Notes under the pieces: generated by a model
Told to the model about the DNA's origin: nothing
Seen by the model: the letters and a program-made list of their open reading frames with translations, nothing else
Databases searched by the model: none
In this document: positions 48,031-58,788 of the stretch, piece by piece
Layout: every line of letters starts with the position of its first letter
How positions within the stretch are numbered: position 1 is the first letter of the stretch
Position numbers and translations under genes: made by a program
Source of the DNA: Candidatus Latescibacterota bacterium
GTDB lineage: Bacteria > Latescibacterota > UBA2968 > GCA-2709665
DNA length: 64,000 nt
NCBI GenBank assembly: GCA_965219455.1
Contig: OZ244744.1
Coordinates: forward strand, 5,760,001 to 5,824,000
Direction of reading: 5' to 3'

Positions 48031-51000
48031 CTATTCTTTCCGGTCAACCAGCGAATAGAGCGCGGGAATCAGTACCAGCGTCACAAGTGTTGAAATCACA
48101 AGGCCGCCGATTACGGTAATAGCCATCGGCGCACGGATTTCCGCGCCCTGACCCACCGGAAAGACCACGTTCACGGCCCCCATAACGTACTCTAATGCGC
48201 CACCCGGCAATACGCTTGCGAGGCCGGATTCCACGTTTGTCACAAAAGGCCTGAAATCGAAAATTCCCAGGGCCATTGGCAACAACCCCAACACTGTCGT
48301 CGACGTCGTCATCAGAATCGGTCGCAGCCTTACCTGGCATGCCCGCTCAATGGCCTCTCGCTTCCCCATTCCACGCTCCCGTCGCAGGGCGTTGATATAG
48401 TCGATCAGCACAATCGCGTTGTTCACGACGATACCCGCCAGCATGATCAGCCCGATTAACACCACGACGCTCACTGTCTGACCGGTCACCAAAAGCATCC
48501 AGACCACACCGACGAGGCCGAAGGGAATCGAAAACATGATAACAAAGGGATGGATCAACGACTCGAACTGGGAAGCCATTACCAGATACACGAGGAATAC
48601 GGCCAGCAAGATGGCCAGCCGCATACTTTCGAACGACCGCTTACGCTCTTCGTTCTGACCCCCTATCTTGATATGGTAGTCGGGGGGATAGTCCATGTCA
48701 CGTATCACGGATTCAATGTCGGCCACCGCCTCGCTCAGGCTGCGTCCTTCGAGGTTGGCGGAAACCACCGCCACCCGCTCCTGATCCGCCCGCAGGATCT
48801 CGGCGGGCCCCATTTCAACAGACAGGTCCGCGACCACGGCGAGGGGGATGGGCGCCGACGCACCGGCCGGACTCACAATGAGACGCTTGAGATCTTCCAC
48901 CGTGCTCCGGTGCCGCTCATCCGCACGCACGCGGATATCCACCTTCCTGTCGCCCTGAGTAAATTCCGTAGCCACCTCGCCCTGGATCTTGTTTCTTATG
49001 AGCCTTCCGATCTCGTTGATGGTTGTCCCCATCTGCGCGACCCACTTCCGATTGAAGCGGATCTGCACCTCAGGACTGCCACCCTCCGCGCTTGTCTTTA
49101 CGTCGACAAGCCCCGGGACGTCCTCCATCCTGCGTGCAAGTTCGTCGGACAACGTCCGCAAGGTACTCAGATTATATCCGGAAATCTCGACCTCGACGGG
49201 CGTCCTGGACGTAAAAAACGATGGACGGGCAAATTTGCATTCCGCTGCGGGCATGCCCCGGAAGGCCTGCCTCAGTCGATCCATCACCGCATCTTCCCGT
49301 GCCCGTATTATACCTTCTTTCAGCGCCACCTGAAGCTGGCCGACATTCTCACGCTCCTCTCCGGCCGACCCATCGGAAGCCCCGCTCAGGCCGACGGTAC
49401 TATAAACCAGTTCCACCTCGGGCTGAGCCTGAACGATCCGTTCCATGCCGCGTATCGTCCGTTCGGTGGCCGCGAGCGGAGTGCCCACGGGCCTGGTCAC
49501 GGAGATGCTGAATTCACCCTGGCTCATCTCCGGAATCAACTCACTTCCAAGAAAGCCGACCAGCAACCCGGACGCGCCGGCAAGCGCCAGCGCGACAAGG
49601 AGCACGGCGGCGCGATGACCCAGCGCCCAGCCGATTACCCGGGGATAGAATCTATACGTGCGACCCATTATCTGTTCGAAAAGCCAGAAAACCGGGTAAA
49701 GTAGGATGACCACCCCTTTGCCGAACGCCCGCCCGGCGCGCAGGACGAAACCGATCCCCTTTGCCAGACCCAGTGTAGAGTCCGGACGCAGGCGGCGGCG
49801 CTCCATTCCGGCCTTCTCATCCCTCCGGCCGAAGTTAAAAGACGACAGCATGGGGATCAGGGTGAGCGCCACCAGCAGGGAGGCCACCAGGGAGAACGTC
49901 ACGGTCAAGGCCTGGTCTCGAAACAACTGACCGGCGATGCCTTCAACGAAGACGATGGGCACAAAGACACAGATCGTGGTGAGGGTGGAAGCCACCACCG
50001 CGTTTCCCACTTCACTGGCCCCTTTCACGGTCGCATCTAACGAAGACAAACCCTCCTCGCGGTATCGCTGAATGCTTTCGAGTACAACAATTGAGTTGTC
50101 CACCAGCATCCCGATGCCCAGCGCCAACCCGCCCAGGGACATTATGTTCAGGCTGACATCCGAACTGAACATCAGCAAAAACGTGGACACGACGGAAATC
50201 GGTATAGAAAGGCTGATTATCGCGGTACTTCCGGGATTGCCCAGGAACAGATATAGCACCACCACCGCCAGCACCCCTCCCATGATCGCCGTGTTGAGCA
50301 CCTCCGCGACAGACGCCCTGATAAACGTCGCCTGGCTGAAAACCACCTCTATTCGTGCGCCGCCCGACAACAAGCCAGCCTCTTTCTGAAAACGCTGTAG
50401 CGCGTCGGTGACCCGGTCAGCGACAGTCACGGTGTTGGCGTCGCCCTCTTTGTAGACGGCCAGTTCCACGCTCTCGCGCCCATTGATCCGGTTAATCACC
50501 TTGCGTTCTTTGTGTCCCCGAAAGACGTGGCCGACGTCGGAAAGCGTAATTGCGGCGCCCTGCCGCTCGCCCACAACGATGTCCTGAATCTCCTGAACCG
50601 AGCGAAACTCATTGACAGTGCGCACCACGTACTCCGCCTCGCCGTCTTTGAGTTGCCCTCCGGTGAGATTCACGTTTTCCTGTCCCAGACGTCCGACCAC
50701 CTGTTGGACCTGAATACGTAGCGACGCCAGCCTGGGTTCATCCAATTCGATGTGTATTTCCTCTTCAAGCCCTCCGTTTACGCGCGCCGCGGCCACTCCC
50801 TCAATGCTCTCCAGATCCAACTTGATGTGTTCCTCGGCCAACAGGCGAAGGGCGACCAGACTTTCCTGTCCGTAGAGCCCAATACGCATTATCGGATCCA
50901 GAGACGGATCAAAACGCAGCAAGACCGGTTTTTCAGCCCCTTGCGGAAGCTGCAACCGGTCCAGTTTCTCCCGGGTGTCCAGCGATGCGAAGTCCATGTC

Positions 51001-51297
51001 CGTACCCCAGGAAAACTCCACCACCACCTCGGAGACGCCCGGCCGGGACGTTGAGCTCACCCGTACGACGTTCGTCACCACCCCCACCGCCCCCTCCAAG
51101 GGTTCGGTTACCAGGCGTTCCATTTCCGACGGCGCCGTGCCTTCGTATTCGGTCCGTACCGTCAGTGTCGGATACGTGATATCAGGAAGCAGATTGATAG
51201 AAAGCCGCCGAAATGCAACCAGACCGAAAACCACGGCCGCAACGACAAACATGGTTACCGTGACCCGACGGCGGGTCGAAAACGCGATCAGCTTCAT
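48031..51297 (-). CDS. RND efflux permease (AcrB/AcrD/AcrF family)
   Basis: LLPDITYP, IGMLVDNSIVVLE, GIVVNNAIVLID, RLRPILMT. Confidence 0.95.
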   Translation of the reverse strand: MKLIAFSTRRRVTVTMFVVAAVVFGLVAFRRLSINLLPDITYPTLTVRTEYEGTAPSEMERLVTEPLEGAVGVVTNVVRVSSTSRPGVSEVVVEFSWGTDMDFASLDTREKLDRLQLPQGAEKPVLLRFDPSLDPIMRIGLYGQESLVALRLLAEEHIKLDLESIEGVAAARVNGGLEEEIHIELDEPRLASLRIQVQQVVGRLGQENVNLTGGQLKDGEAEYVVRTVNEFRSVQEIQDIVVGERQGAAITLSDVGHVFRGHKERKVINRINGRESVELAVYKEGDANTVTVADRVTDALQRFQKEAGLLSGGARIEVVFSQATFIRASVAEVLNTAIMGGVLAVVVLYLFLGNPGSTAIISLSIPISVVSTFLLMFSSDVSLNIMSLGGLALGIGMLVDNSIVVLESIQRYREEGLSSLDATVKGASEVGNAVVASTLTTICVFVPIVFVEGIAGQLFRDQALTVTFSLVASLLVALTLIPMLSSFNFGRRDEKAGMERRRLRPDSTLGLAKGIGFVLRAGRAFGKGVVILLYPVFWLFEQIMGRTYRFYPRVIGWALGHRAAVLLVALALAGASGLLVGFLGSELIPEMSQGEFSISVTRPVGTPLAATERTIRGMERIVQAQPEVELVYSTVGLSGASDGSAGEERENVGQLQVALKEGIIRAREDAVMDRLRQAFRGMPAAECKFARPSFFTSRTPVEVEISGYNLSTLRTLSDELARRMEDVPGLVDVKTSAEGGSPEVQIRFNRKWVAQMGTTINEIGRLIRNKIQGEVATEFTQGDRKVDIRVRADERHRSTVEDLKRLIVSPAGASAPIPLAVVADLSVEMGPAEILRADQERVAVVSANLEGRSLSEAVADIESVIRDMDYPPDYHIKIGGQNEERKRSFESMRLAILLAVFLVYLVMASQFESLIHPFVIMFSIPFGLVGVVWMLLVTGQTVSVVVLIGLIMLAGIVVNNAIVLIDYINALRRERGMGKREAIERACQVRLRPILMTTSTTVLGLLPMALGIFDFRPFVTNVESGLASVLPGGALEYVMGAVNVVFPVGQGAEIRAPMAITVIGGLVISTLVTLVLIPALYSLVDRKE

Positions 51298-52604
51298 TGC
51301 GGTCTCCCGCCTCTTGCCGGCAGGATACCCTTCCGGTGCATTTCACCCATGAACGCACGCCACTTTTCACCGCTGGTCGCAAGTTCCGGATCTTCTCTAA
51401 CACGTGCGTCATATGCTTTCTTCAGATCTGGAAAACGGGCGAGCATCTGTTCCTTCATTGCCTTGAGCTGACCGTTACCACCGCCGTCACCCTGACTGCC
51501 GCCTGTCTGCACCGCGGGCGCCGTTTCCTCCGCGATCCCTTCACCCACCAGGCGCACGGCCGTTCCGGGGCGCAGACCTTCGTGACCAACGGTAATGACC
51601 TGCTCCCCCTCCGACAGGCCGTTCATAATCTCCAGGTGTTCATTGTCGGCAAACCCCATGCCGACCTTCCGGCGAACCGCCTTCCCCGCACCGCGTTCGC
51701 CGTCCCGTTCATATACGAACACGTGATTCCCTTCCCCCTCCAGAACGAGCGCCTTCTTGGGAATCACCAGCGTGTTCTGATGCACCTCGGTAATGATATG
51801 TACCGATGCGAACATGCCCGGCCGGAGGATTCCGCTTCCGCCACCGGGAATCTGGACTGTAACTTTGATGGTTCCACTTTCCGGATCCACGACCGGGCTG
51901 ATCATCTTTACAACGCCGCGAAAAACCCGACCCGGAGCGGACTCCACCGCCACTTTCGCGCCCTGCCCGGTGGCCACCTTGCCCATGTTCTTTTCAGGAA
52001 TCCGGATGCGTGCAAGCAGCGGGTCGAAGTCTGCCACCGAAAACACCGCCTGATTCGCGGTTACCATGTTTCCGACCTCGACGCTTCGAATGGTCAGTGT
52101 GCCTTCCAGAGGCGAAGCAATGGTGGTATAGCTCAAATTCAGCGTCGCCTGTTCCAACTCGGTATACGAGCGGTCCATCTGCCCCTTTGAATTCTCATAC
52201 CTCTCCTTGCTCAGGAGGTCCCGCTTGAACAGCTTTTCGTCTCGCTCGAAGACGCGACGCGCGTCGTGGTAGGCCACTTCCATGCGTTGGACCTGCAACC
52301 GCGCCGCCTCCGAATCCAGCCGCGCCAGCACCGCGCCTTCCCCGACGGGGTCACCCTCTTCCCTGAGAATCGCCACGACCTGCCCGGACGTCCTGGAACG
52401 CACTTCGACCCACTGAAACGCCTCCAGCGTCGTATTGGCCAGAATATAACTGGAAATATCGCGACGATTCACCGGCTCCACGCGAACGGGTACCGCCGCG
52501 CTCCGGCGCTGTACACCGCGACGGGCCGATCCTCTGTCACCCTCTCCGCATCCGGATAGAATCGAAATAACGCAAACGAAGACGAATGGCTGAAATCTGA
52601 ACAT
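51294..52604 (-). CDS. RND efflux periplasmic adaptor (membrane fusion protein)
   Basis: Lipobox LSGC; EGDPVGEGAVLARLD, TIASPLEG, ISPVVDPESGT, LRPGMF, GLSEGEQVI. Confidence 0.93.
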   Translation of the reverse strand: MFRFQPFVFVCVISILSGCGEGDRGSARRGVQRRSAAVPVRVEPVNRRDISSYILANTTLEAFQWVEVRSRTSGQVVAILREEGDPVGEGAVLARLDSEAARLQVQRMEVAYHDARRVFERDEKLFKRDLLSKERYENSKGQMDRSYTELEQATLNLSYTTIASPLEGTLTIRSVEVGNMVTANQAVFSVADFDPLLARIRIPEKNMGKVATGQGAKVAVESAPGRVFRGVVKMISPVVDPESGTIKVTVQIPGGGSGILRPGMFASVHIITEVHQNTLVIPKKALVLEGEGNHVFVYERDGERGAGKAVRRKVGMGFADNEHLEIMNGLSEGEQVITVGHEGLRPGTAVRLVGEGIAEETAPAVQTGGSQGDGGGNGQLKAMKEQMLARFPDLKKAYDARVREDPELATSGEKWRAFMGEMHRKGILPARGGRPQ

Positions 52605-52702
52605 GCATCCCCCTGGGGAACCTGGTCCTGGTAAGTAATTGGTTACTTACAATGTACACAAAAAAAGACACGATTCATGATTATTTTCTCCCCGCTACGC
52701 AC

Positions 52703-52737
52703 GGCCGCGTGTCCGGCACTTCCGGGCACGAGCGGCC
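52703..52737. repeat. GC-rich intergenic hairpin
   Basis: GGCCGC-GTGTCCGG/CCGGGCAC-GAGCGGCC between exbD and the MFP gene; no U-tract. Confidence 0.4.
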
Positions 52738-52826
52738 GGGTTCGGGCATGACCGGTACGGATAATAGCAACTTACATTTATAGAGGGATTTAGAAACGAA
52801 TTCGGGACAGCATGGGTGGGAGATTC

Positions 52827-53240
52827 TCATCCGGGTCCGGACGTCACCGTCGCAATCACAAAACGCCTGATCCCCGCCCCCCGGATTATGTCCAGAACGC
52901 CGATTACCTCGCCGTGGGGGAGGTTCCGATCGGCCCGCAACACAAGGCCGCCGCCGGCGTTGATCTCATTTGAAGCCGTCTGCAAGCGGGCGCCCAGCGC
53001 AGCAAGTTCGACGGGCTCGCCGTCCCAGCGTATCTCACCATCCGGGGCCACGTCCAGCACAAAGCGTTTAGGCTGCTGAGCCCGGTCGGCGTGTTCCATG
53101 GAAGGCAGTTCCACTTTAAGCGCGGACTGCTCGATGAACGATGTGGTCACAATGAAAAACGTCAGCAACAAAAACAGAACGTCAATCAACGACGTGATAT
53201 TGATATACGGCCGACGCTTCGGCTTGTGAAACAGCTGCAT
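52827..53240 (-). CDS. exbD: Biopolymer transporter ExbD/TolR
   Basis: INITSLIDVLFLLLTFFIVT, VELP, LRADR. Confidence 0.92.
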   Translation of the reverse strand: MQLFHKPKRRPYINITSLIDVLFLLLTFFIVTTSFIEQSALKVELPSMEHADRAQQPKRFVLDVAPDGEIRWDGEPVELAALGARLQTASNEINAGGGLVLRADRNLPHGEVIGVLDIIRGAGIRRFVIATVTSGPG

Positions 53241-53250
53241 TTGCCGCCCT

Positions 53251-53877
53251 TTATTCGTTCGGTTTGCGCGTCTGGAAACCCCGCAGCTTTTTCAGAAGCG
53301 CATTGGAATATTTCTCGATCTCCAGGACCAGACTCTCTGCCTTGCTGCTGAAATAATTGAAAAAAACCAGTGACGGAATCGCAATAAACAGCCCGGCGCC
53401 GGTTGTCAGGATCGCTTCAGCGATACCGCCCGCAAGCAGGTTGCCCTGTCCGACGCCCACTTCCGAGATCTCACGAAAAACCTTGATCATCCCCAGGACC
53501 GTACCCAGCAGCCCCAGTAGTGGAGAGACACTGGCAACGGTCTCCAGAACGACGATTCCCTTCTGCAGCTTTCCCGTTTCCTGGCGGCCCTGGTCCACAA
53601 TGCTCTCTTTTATTTCATCCGGAGGCAGGTGGCGATTGTCGAGCCCCGTGCGAACAACCTGAGCGAACGGTCCTTCGTACTGGTTGCATACCGACACCGC
53701 CAGGCCGATGTCCTCCGGTCCCTTGATGTTCTCGATCACGCTGACGATCTCCCCTCGAATGATCCGGTGGCGTCGCAGACTGAACGCCCGCTCCACCGTA
53801 ATGGCCAGCGTAAGGATTGAACATAGAGAAAGGGGATACATCATCAGTCCCCCCTGCACAAACAGCTCCCATCCCAT
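53251..53877 (-). CDS. exbB: MotA/TolQ/ExbB proton channel
   Basis: GGLMMYPL, SPLLGLLGTVLGMI, AGGIAEAILTTGAGLFIAIP. Confidence 0.93.
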   Translation of the reverse strand: MGWELFVQGGLMMYPLSLCSILTLAITVERAFSLRRHRIIRGEIVSVIENIKGPEDIGLAVSVCNQYEGPFAQVVRTGLDNRHLPPDEIKESIVDQGRQETGKLQKGIVVLETVASVSPLLGLLGTVLGMIKVFREISEVGVGQGNLLAGGIAEAILTTGAGLFIAIPSLVFFNYFSSKAESLVLEIEKYSNALLKKLRGFQTRKPNE

Positions 53878-53892
53878 GCGGCGGCCCCCCTG

Positions 53893-54801
53893 TTATCGCG
53901 ATTCCAGTAGCAGATAGTGGAAGAAGGCGGTAATTTCCAGATAGTCTTCCGGAAAGTGCGCCGGCAGAGGTTTGAAATCGGCCGACAGTTTTACCGCTCG
54001 TGTGCTGGTATCCCGCAGGTACGGGCTGCCGTCGAAGTCGATTATCTCCAGGTCCGCGAGGGTGCCGTCGGGCAAAATTCTGAATTTCAGCCGTGTCCGA
54101 CCCTGGATAAGCCCCAGTTGCGTAAACGCAGCCGGCGGGTGGATATGGTCTCCAATGTGGCGCTTGAGATATGCCAGATACGGCGCGAATTCCCAGTCAT
54201 AGGTACTCAGCTGCAATCCGCCCTGTTCGAGGGCGTGACTCTGCAGGTTCTTCAATGGCAAGACGCCGGGCGCGCCTCGGAGCCCGAACAATGCGCTCTT
54301 CGGTTGCTGCGGGGGCGACGTTTTTCGCTGCTTCAGCGACGACGCAAAATCCGTCGAAACCACCTCGTTTTCCGCGTCTTCGCGACTGTTCTGATCGACT
54401 TCGGTCCTGGCGTGAGCCATTCGCCTCTCGCCCCTTTCGCCCTGCTGTCCGACATCGGACCGGGGTTGTACAGGGGATTGCACCAGTCCGTCGGTGTAGG
54501 GTAGATGGGATTCCGGCAGGGGCGCGTCGTGGAGGTCCTTCGCCCGCGAAACCCGGTTCGACCGCAACGTCGTTGCTTCAGGCGGGGGTTCCTCGGGTAC
54601 CGGCTGGGGCAAATCGACAAATTCGAAAGAGATCGGCCCGGACTCGTGGGCCGATACATCGATCCGCGGTTGCGGTACCAGGCTCGAGAGGGGCACGTAG
54701 AAGACAAAAAACAGCAGGTGCGCAACCAGCGCCGCCCCGTAGGCGAGGGTGTAACGATTGGCGAAAAAGCCTCGGATGCGCGCCATCATAGAAAATACCA
54801 C
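53893..54801 (-). CDS. TonB/TolA-like membrane-anchored energy transducer
   Basis: TM with His (ALVAHLL), Pro-rich linker, C-terminal FRILPDGTL...FKPLPAHF; directly upstream of exbB-exbD. Confidence 0.75.
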   Translation of the reverse strand: MVFSMMARIRGFFANRYTLAYGAALVAHLLFFVFYVPLSSLVPQPRIDVSAHESGPISFEFVDLPQPVPEEPPPEATTLRSNRVSRAKDLHDAPLPESHLPYTDGLVQSPVQPRSDVGQQGERGERRMAHARTEVDQNSREDAENEVVSTDFASSLKQRKTSPPQQPKSALFGLRGAPGVLPLKNLQSHALEQGGLQLSTYDWEFAPYLAYLKRHIGDHIHPPAAFTQLGLIQGRTRLKFRILPDGTLADLEIIDFDGSPYLRDTSTRAVKLSADFKPLPAHFPEDYLEITAFFHYLLLESR

Positions 54802-55069
54802 ATTGGTAACAGGGCGTCACCGTGCAATTAATATAGTGGAACCGGGGTGATAAACAAGAACAAAGCCCCGGATGACCCGCCTGTCAGGACCAAAGTACGG
54901 GCGGTCGATCGAAACCCCGGGTTCGCCTGCCGTCCGCAGGCGTTTCAACGTTTTTCGATGTCGGCCCGGCAAAAAAAAGCCCCGGCGGCGGCTGCCGTGC
55001 AGGGCCCGATATGCGTTCCTCAGGGGAATGGCGGGGGTCCGCTCCAGCACGTGACACGCGACAGTGGTC

Positions 55070-56590
55070 TCAATCCGCCGCCGGTGCTTCCGTTCTCGAA
55101 AATGCGGCCCGCAAGCGTTGAAAGCACCCCTGAAACAGTGACATCCATCCCACGTAGAAGAAACCCAGACTGAACAGGGCGATGAACGGAACCGGAAAGT
55201 ATATCCCGTGGGTGATCGCGAATCCGATTACCCACAGAAAATACAACCCGACACCGAGTTCTACTACTGACAGCACGTTTTTGTGCACTGCGTATCGCTT
55301 GCCGCGCCAGGTATCCCGGCGGTCCACAACCTGATATTTCGGTGTTCGCCGAAACTCGGTCTGGTGGCCGACCAACGCCTCGAGCACCGCCCGGGCATTG
55401 TTGAACGATATCCCCATACCGGCAGCCAGCACGCAGGGCATGTACTTGATTCGACGCTTCCAGTCCGGATAGAGTTCCTTCTGTGAGTAAATATAAAACC
55501 GGGAGACCGCCCCCGTTGCGGAGACAAACAGCGGCAGATCCACGAAGACAACGCGGAACCACCCCATATCGAGGCGGGCGAGCACGGCCGGGAAGATCAG
55601 CGCAGCCAGCATGGCCATCAACAGATAAGCGAAATTCCCATTCAGATGGATCAGCGCCTCGAGCTTCACCCGCCACGGCAACCTCGCGCGCAGGACCCGC
55701 CCCACCAGCTTACGCGCGGTCTGCGCAGAGCCTTTGGACCAGCGGAACTGCTGGGTTTTCCAGGCGTTCATTTCCACGGGTAGCTCGGCCGGGGCAGCCA
55801 GGTCGTCCAGAAACAGAAAGCGCCACCCGGCCAACTGCGCCCGATAGCTCAGATCGAGATCTTCGGTCAGGGTGTCGTTCTCCCATCCACCCGCATCGTC
55901 GATACATTGCCTGCGCCATATGCCGGCCGTGCCGTTAAAATTGAAAAACAGGCCCGCTCTGCTGCGGGCGCCGTGTTCCATCATGAAATGTCCGTCGAGG
56001 AAAATCGCCTGTACCTGCGTCAGCAAAGAATAATCGCGGTTCAGATGGTCCCACCTTGCCTGCACCAGACCCACGCCCTCATCGGTGAAATAATGAATCG
56101 TCTTTCTGAGGAATTCTCCGGGCGGTACAAAATCAGCGTCGAATACCGCCACGTATTCGCCGCTGGCAACCCGCAAACCTTCGGCAAGAGCGCCCGCTTT
56201 AAAGCCCGTGCGTTCCGTTCGATGCAGGCAGACGATATCGTGTCCGGCCTCCCCCAACTCCGCCACACAGCGCTTTACCACGTCGGTCGTCTCATCCGTC
56301 GAATCGTCCAGAACCTGAATTTCCAGGCGGTCCCGTGGATAATCGACGTCCGCCGCCGCCCGGATCAGCCGCTCCACCACGTACAGTTCGTTGTAAACCG
56401 GCAACTGTACCGTCACCCTCGGCAATTTCTCAAACCGGCCGGCCGGCGCCGGACGCTTACGTCGATTCTTGAAGTATAGCCGCACCATCACGTGCCGGTG
56501 CAGACTGAAGATCATCAGCAGGCCGAGCGTCACGCTATAGAGTATCAACAAAGACGCCTGAAACCAGGTGATCAGCACTTCCAGATCCAT
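55070..56590 (-). CDS. GT2 processive glycosyltransferase (cellulose-synthase-like family)
   Basis: VTVQLPVYNE, QVLDDS, GFKAGAL, FDADF, LTEDLD, QQFRW; C-terminal TMs; GGAGG RBS. Confidence 0.92.
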   Translation of the reverse strand: MDLEVLITWFQASLLILYSVTLGLLMIFSLHRHVMVRLYFKNRRKRPAPAGRFEKLPRVTVQLPVYNELYVVERLIRAAADVDYPRDRLEIQVLDDSTDETTDVVKRCVAELGEAGHDIVCLHRTERTGFKAGALAEGLRVASGEYVAVFDADFVPPGEFLRKTIHYFTDEGVGLVQARWDHLNRDYSLLTQVQAIFLDGHFMMEHGARSRAGLFFNFNGTAGIWRRQCIDDAGGWENDTLTEDLDLSYRAQLAGWRFLFLDDLAAPAELPVEMNAWKTQQFRWSKGSAQTARKLVGRVLRARLPWRVKLEALIHLNGNFAYLLMAMLAALIFPAVLARLDMGWFRVVFVDLPLFVSATGAVSRFYIYSQKELYPDWKRRIKYMPCVLAAGMGISFNNARAVLEALVGHQTEFRRTPKYQVVDRRDTWRGKRYAVHKNVLSVVELGVGLYFLWVIGFAITHGIYFPVPFIALFSLGFFYVGWMSLFQGCFQRLRAAFSRTEAPAAD

Positions 56591-56948
56591 GAACCCTCCA
56601 GCACTAACGCGCCTCTTACCGACGGGGGAGCATGCCGGGACTTCGGATCGTCGCCACCTCAGCCGATCCGGCACGATGGGCCGACTTGCAGGTTTTCGCC
56701 GGCCGCGGGGTTTCTGAATCGAAATCATCGCGACCGTCGCCCGATATATGGACGATCCGCAGGGCATTCAGAAAGATAATAAGCAATACCGTGCCCTAAA
56801 ATCAAGCCCAAAGCACGCGCGCAAATCCAGCCGAACCCGCAAAAAAGCGACGGTTTGTCCGGCCGGGCGTGCTTTACGGCCGTCGCCTTCAATGCCCGGC
56901 CAGTCCGGTAATATCTTCAACCGGTTCACCGAATTTCGTCTGTTTCTG

Positions 56949-56978
56949 TTGACAAACAGCCATCTTCCGGTTTATATT
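56949..56978 (+). promoter_or_regulatory. Putative sigma70 promoter
   Basis: TTGACA, 18-nt spacer, TATATT, ~80 bp before ATG 57056. Confidence 0.55.
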
Positions 56979-57055
56979 TTTTACTGCCCTACCTGTAGAG
57001 TCAGCGAAAACCCGGCGGCCAACAAGCAACGTTTTGCTCAAGGAGTCCATATCCG

Positions 57056-57361
57056 ATGGCTGAAAAAAATCAGTTCTACCCCGACTACAAACTGCCGGCC
57101 GAGACCGCGTCGGAAATCGGAGCCAAATCCGGCAGTCTTCTGGACGGCGATTTCGAATATCCACTTGAAACACAATGCTGTATAACGGGAGAGGACGTCA
57201 AACACAGCTTCTGCCGATATCCCGATTCTGCGCTGGGTACGATGATGGTGATGTCTCACGAAACCATGCTTCGCTTCTCACGACCGGGAGAGAGCCTCTC
57301 GGAGACATTCGAACGCGTACTCAAACTTCGGCGAAAGCACGAGGCCAGCCGGAAGGAGTAG
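57056..57361 (+). CDS. Hypothetical protein (101 aa)
   Basis: AAGGAG RBS and upstream promoter; natural composition. Confidence 0.72.
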   Translation: MAEKNQFYPDYKLPAETASEIGAKSGSLLDGDFEYPLETQCCITGEDVKHSFCRYPDSALGTMMVMSHETMLRFSRPGESLSETFERVLKLRRKHEASRKE

Positions 57362-57437
57362 CTGTCGCCCGCTTCTCTTTCCCTGTTGGAAAAACTGACA
57401 TGTCCACCCTCCATTCAGCCATCCGCCGCCGATCCAC

Positions 57438-58760
57438 ATGATTTCCGACGCCGCTCCGGCCATACTTTACCGGCGTGTTGAGATTCCCCGCGCATTGTTG
57501 ACCCATGCGGAGGTCGAAGGAAGGGATCTGCGTTTTGGAGGAGATATCCGGCCAGGAGACCTTACCGGAGACGGCCGGGCCGATCTGCTTGTCTACCGCT
57601 GCGACACGGCAAGTGAACTCAAACCCTGTTTTCTGGGCGCCTTTACCTTTGACGGGGAGATTCTGTGGCAGGATGGCGACGGCGGCGCCCAGCCTCTCCG
57701 ACCCTGTTCCGTGTCGATCCACGACGTGGACGCGGACGGCCGGAGCGAGGTGATCTGTTTCTTCCATCGCCCGGACGGCGTCACCGCCAGGGAATCCCTT
57801 GCGGATGTCACCGTCCAGATACGCGACGGTGCGACGGGAGCACTGAAAGCGGAATCCCGCCCGGAGATTCTGAAGGCCTGCCGCGGCTGGGGCGCCAACT
57901 GGTTTCACCAGCGCCTGTTTATCGCCAACCTCAGAGGCACCGCTGTTCCCCAGGATATCGTGGTTAAACTGGGCGAAAGGGTCCTGGCATTCGACCATAA
58001 CCTGGACCTGTTGTGGGACTACGCCATCCCGTGGAACGACTACGGCCGCTGCTCCGCGTACTTACCGGCCGTGGGCGACCTGAACGGTGATGGCCGCGAC
58101 GAGATCCTGGGCGGCTATTTTATTCTCGATCCGGACGGCGGCCCCCGCTGGGAACGCCAGCTCGCGCGCAATATGGACTCCGTATCCATCCAACCGTGGG
58201 ACAACGGACGGATGCGCGCCATCTGCTCCGGCGGAGGTCACGTACTGGACATCGACGGCGGGGTTATTCTGGCGCTCGGCGAACAAATCGTCCCTCACGG
58301 TCAGGAAGTCCGGGTGGCCACCTTCGTGCCCGATGAGCCCGCGCCTCAGATGGCCATTCGCTACCTTGGGCACCGTCCCGACGTTCTGCTGGCAGACAAT
58401 ACCGGACGGATAATCCGCCGCTTTCGACTCAACCGATCGCCAAATGAAACGGGTATGGAAACGGTTTACTGGAACGGATTCGACGCGCCCGCAATGCTTT
58501 ACAACGGCGGCATGCTCTTCGACGGCAACGGCGAACCCGCGGTAGTCCTTTCGGATCTGCCGCCTCCGGTCGGCCCGGAAAAAATGGGCTGGTATCACGC
58601 CGTACCCGCGAACCTGTGCGGAGATAAACGCGAGGATCTGCTGGTGTACAACCCATGGTCGGACGCCGTTTACATCTACACTCCCGCGCCATTGAACCCG
58701 ACTGCCTACTCCGGCTACTGTCCCGGCCACCGTCAGTACAATGCCCGTCTGATGGACTGA
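57438..58760 (+). CDS. FG-GAP/VCBS-repeat beta-propeller protein (rhamnogalacturonan-lyase-like fold)
   Basis: GDLTGDGRADL, DVDADGRSEV, GDLNGDGRDEI, NLCGDKREDL; no signal peptide. Confidence 0.72.
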   Translation: MISDAAPAILYRRVEIPRALLTHAEVEGRDLRFGGDIRPGDLTGDGRADLLVYRCDTASELKPCFLGAFTFDGEILWQDGDGGAQPLRPCSVSIHDVDADGRSEVICFFHRPDGVTARESLADVTVQIRDGATGALKAESRPEILKACRGWGANWFHQRLFIANLRGTAVPQDIVVKLGERVLAFDHNLDLLWDYAIPWNDYGRCSAYLPAVGDLNGDGRDEILGGYFILDPDGGPRWERQLARNMDSVSIQPWDNGRMRAICSGGGHVLDIDGGVILALGEQIVPHGQEVRVATFVPDEPAPQMAIRYLGHRPDVLLADNTGRIIRRFRLNRSPNETGMETVYWNGFDAPAMLYNGGMLFDGNGEPAVVLSDLPPPVGPEKMGWYHAVPANLCGDKREDLLVYNPWSDAVYIYTPAPLNPTAYSGYCPGHRQYNARLMD

Positions 58761-58762
58761 AG

Positions 58763-58788
58763 CGGCCCGGGCCTGACCTCCCGGGCCG
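58763..58788. terminator. Hairpin between convergent genes
   Basis: CGGCCCGGG / CCCGGGCCG perfect 9-bp stem just after the stop codon. Confidence 0.5.

Noticed and set aside
52795-52812. Partial MITE-like motif TTCGGGACAG (also GGGACACCA at ~41926)
   Set aside because: Too short to distinguish from chance without a genome-wide model.
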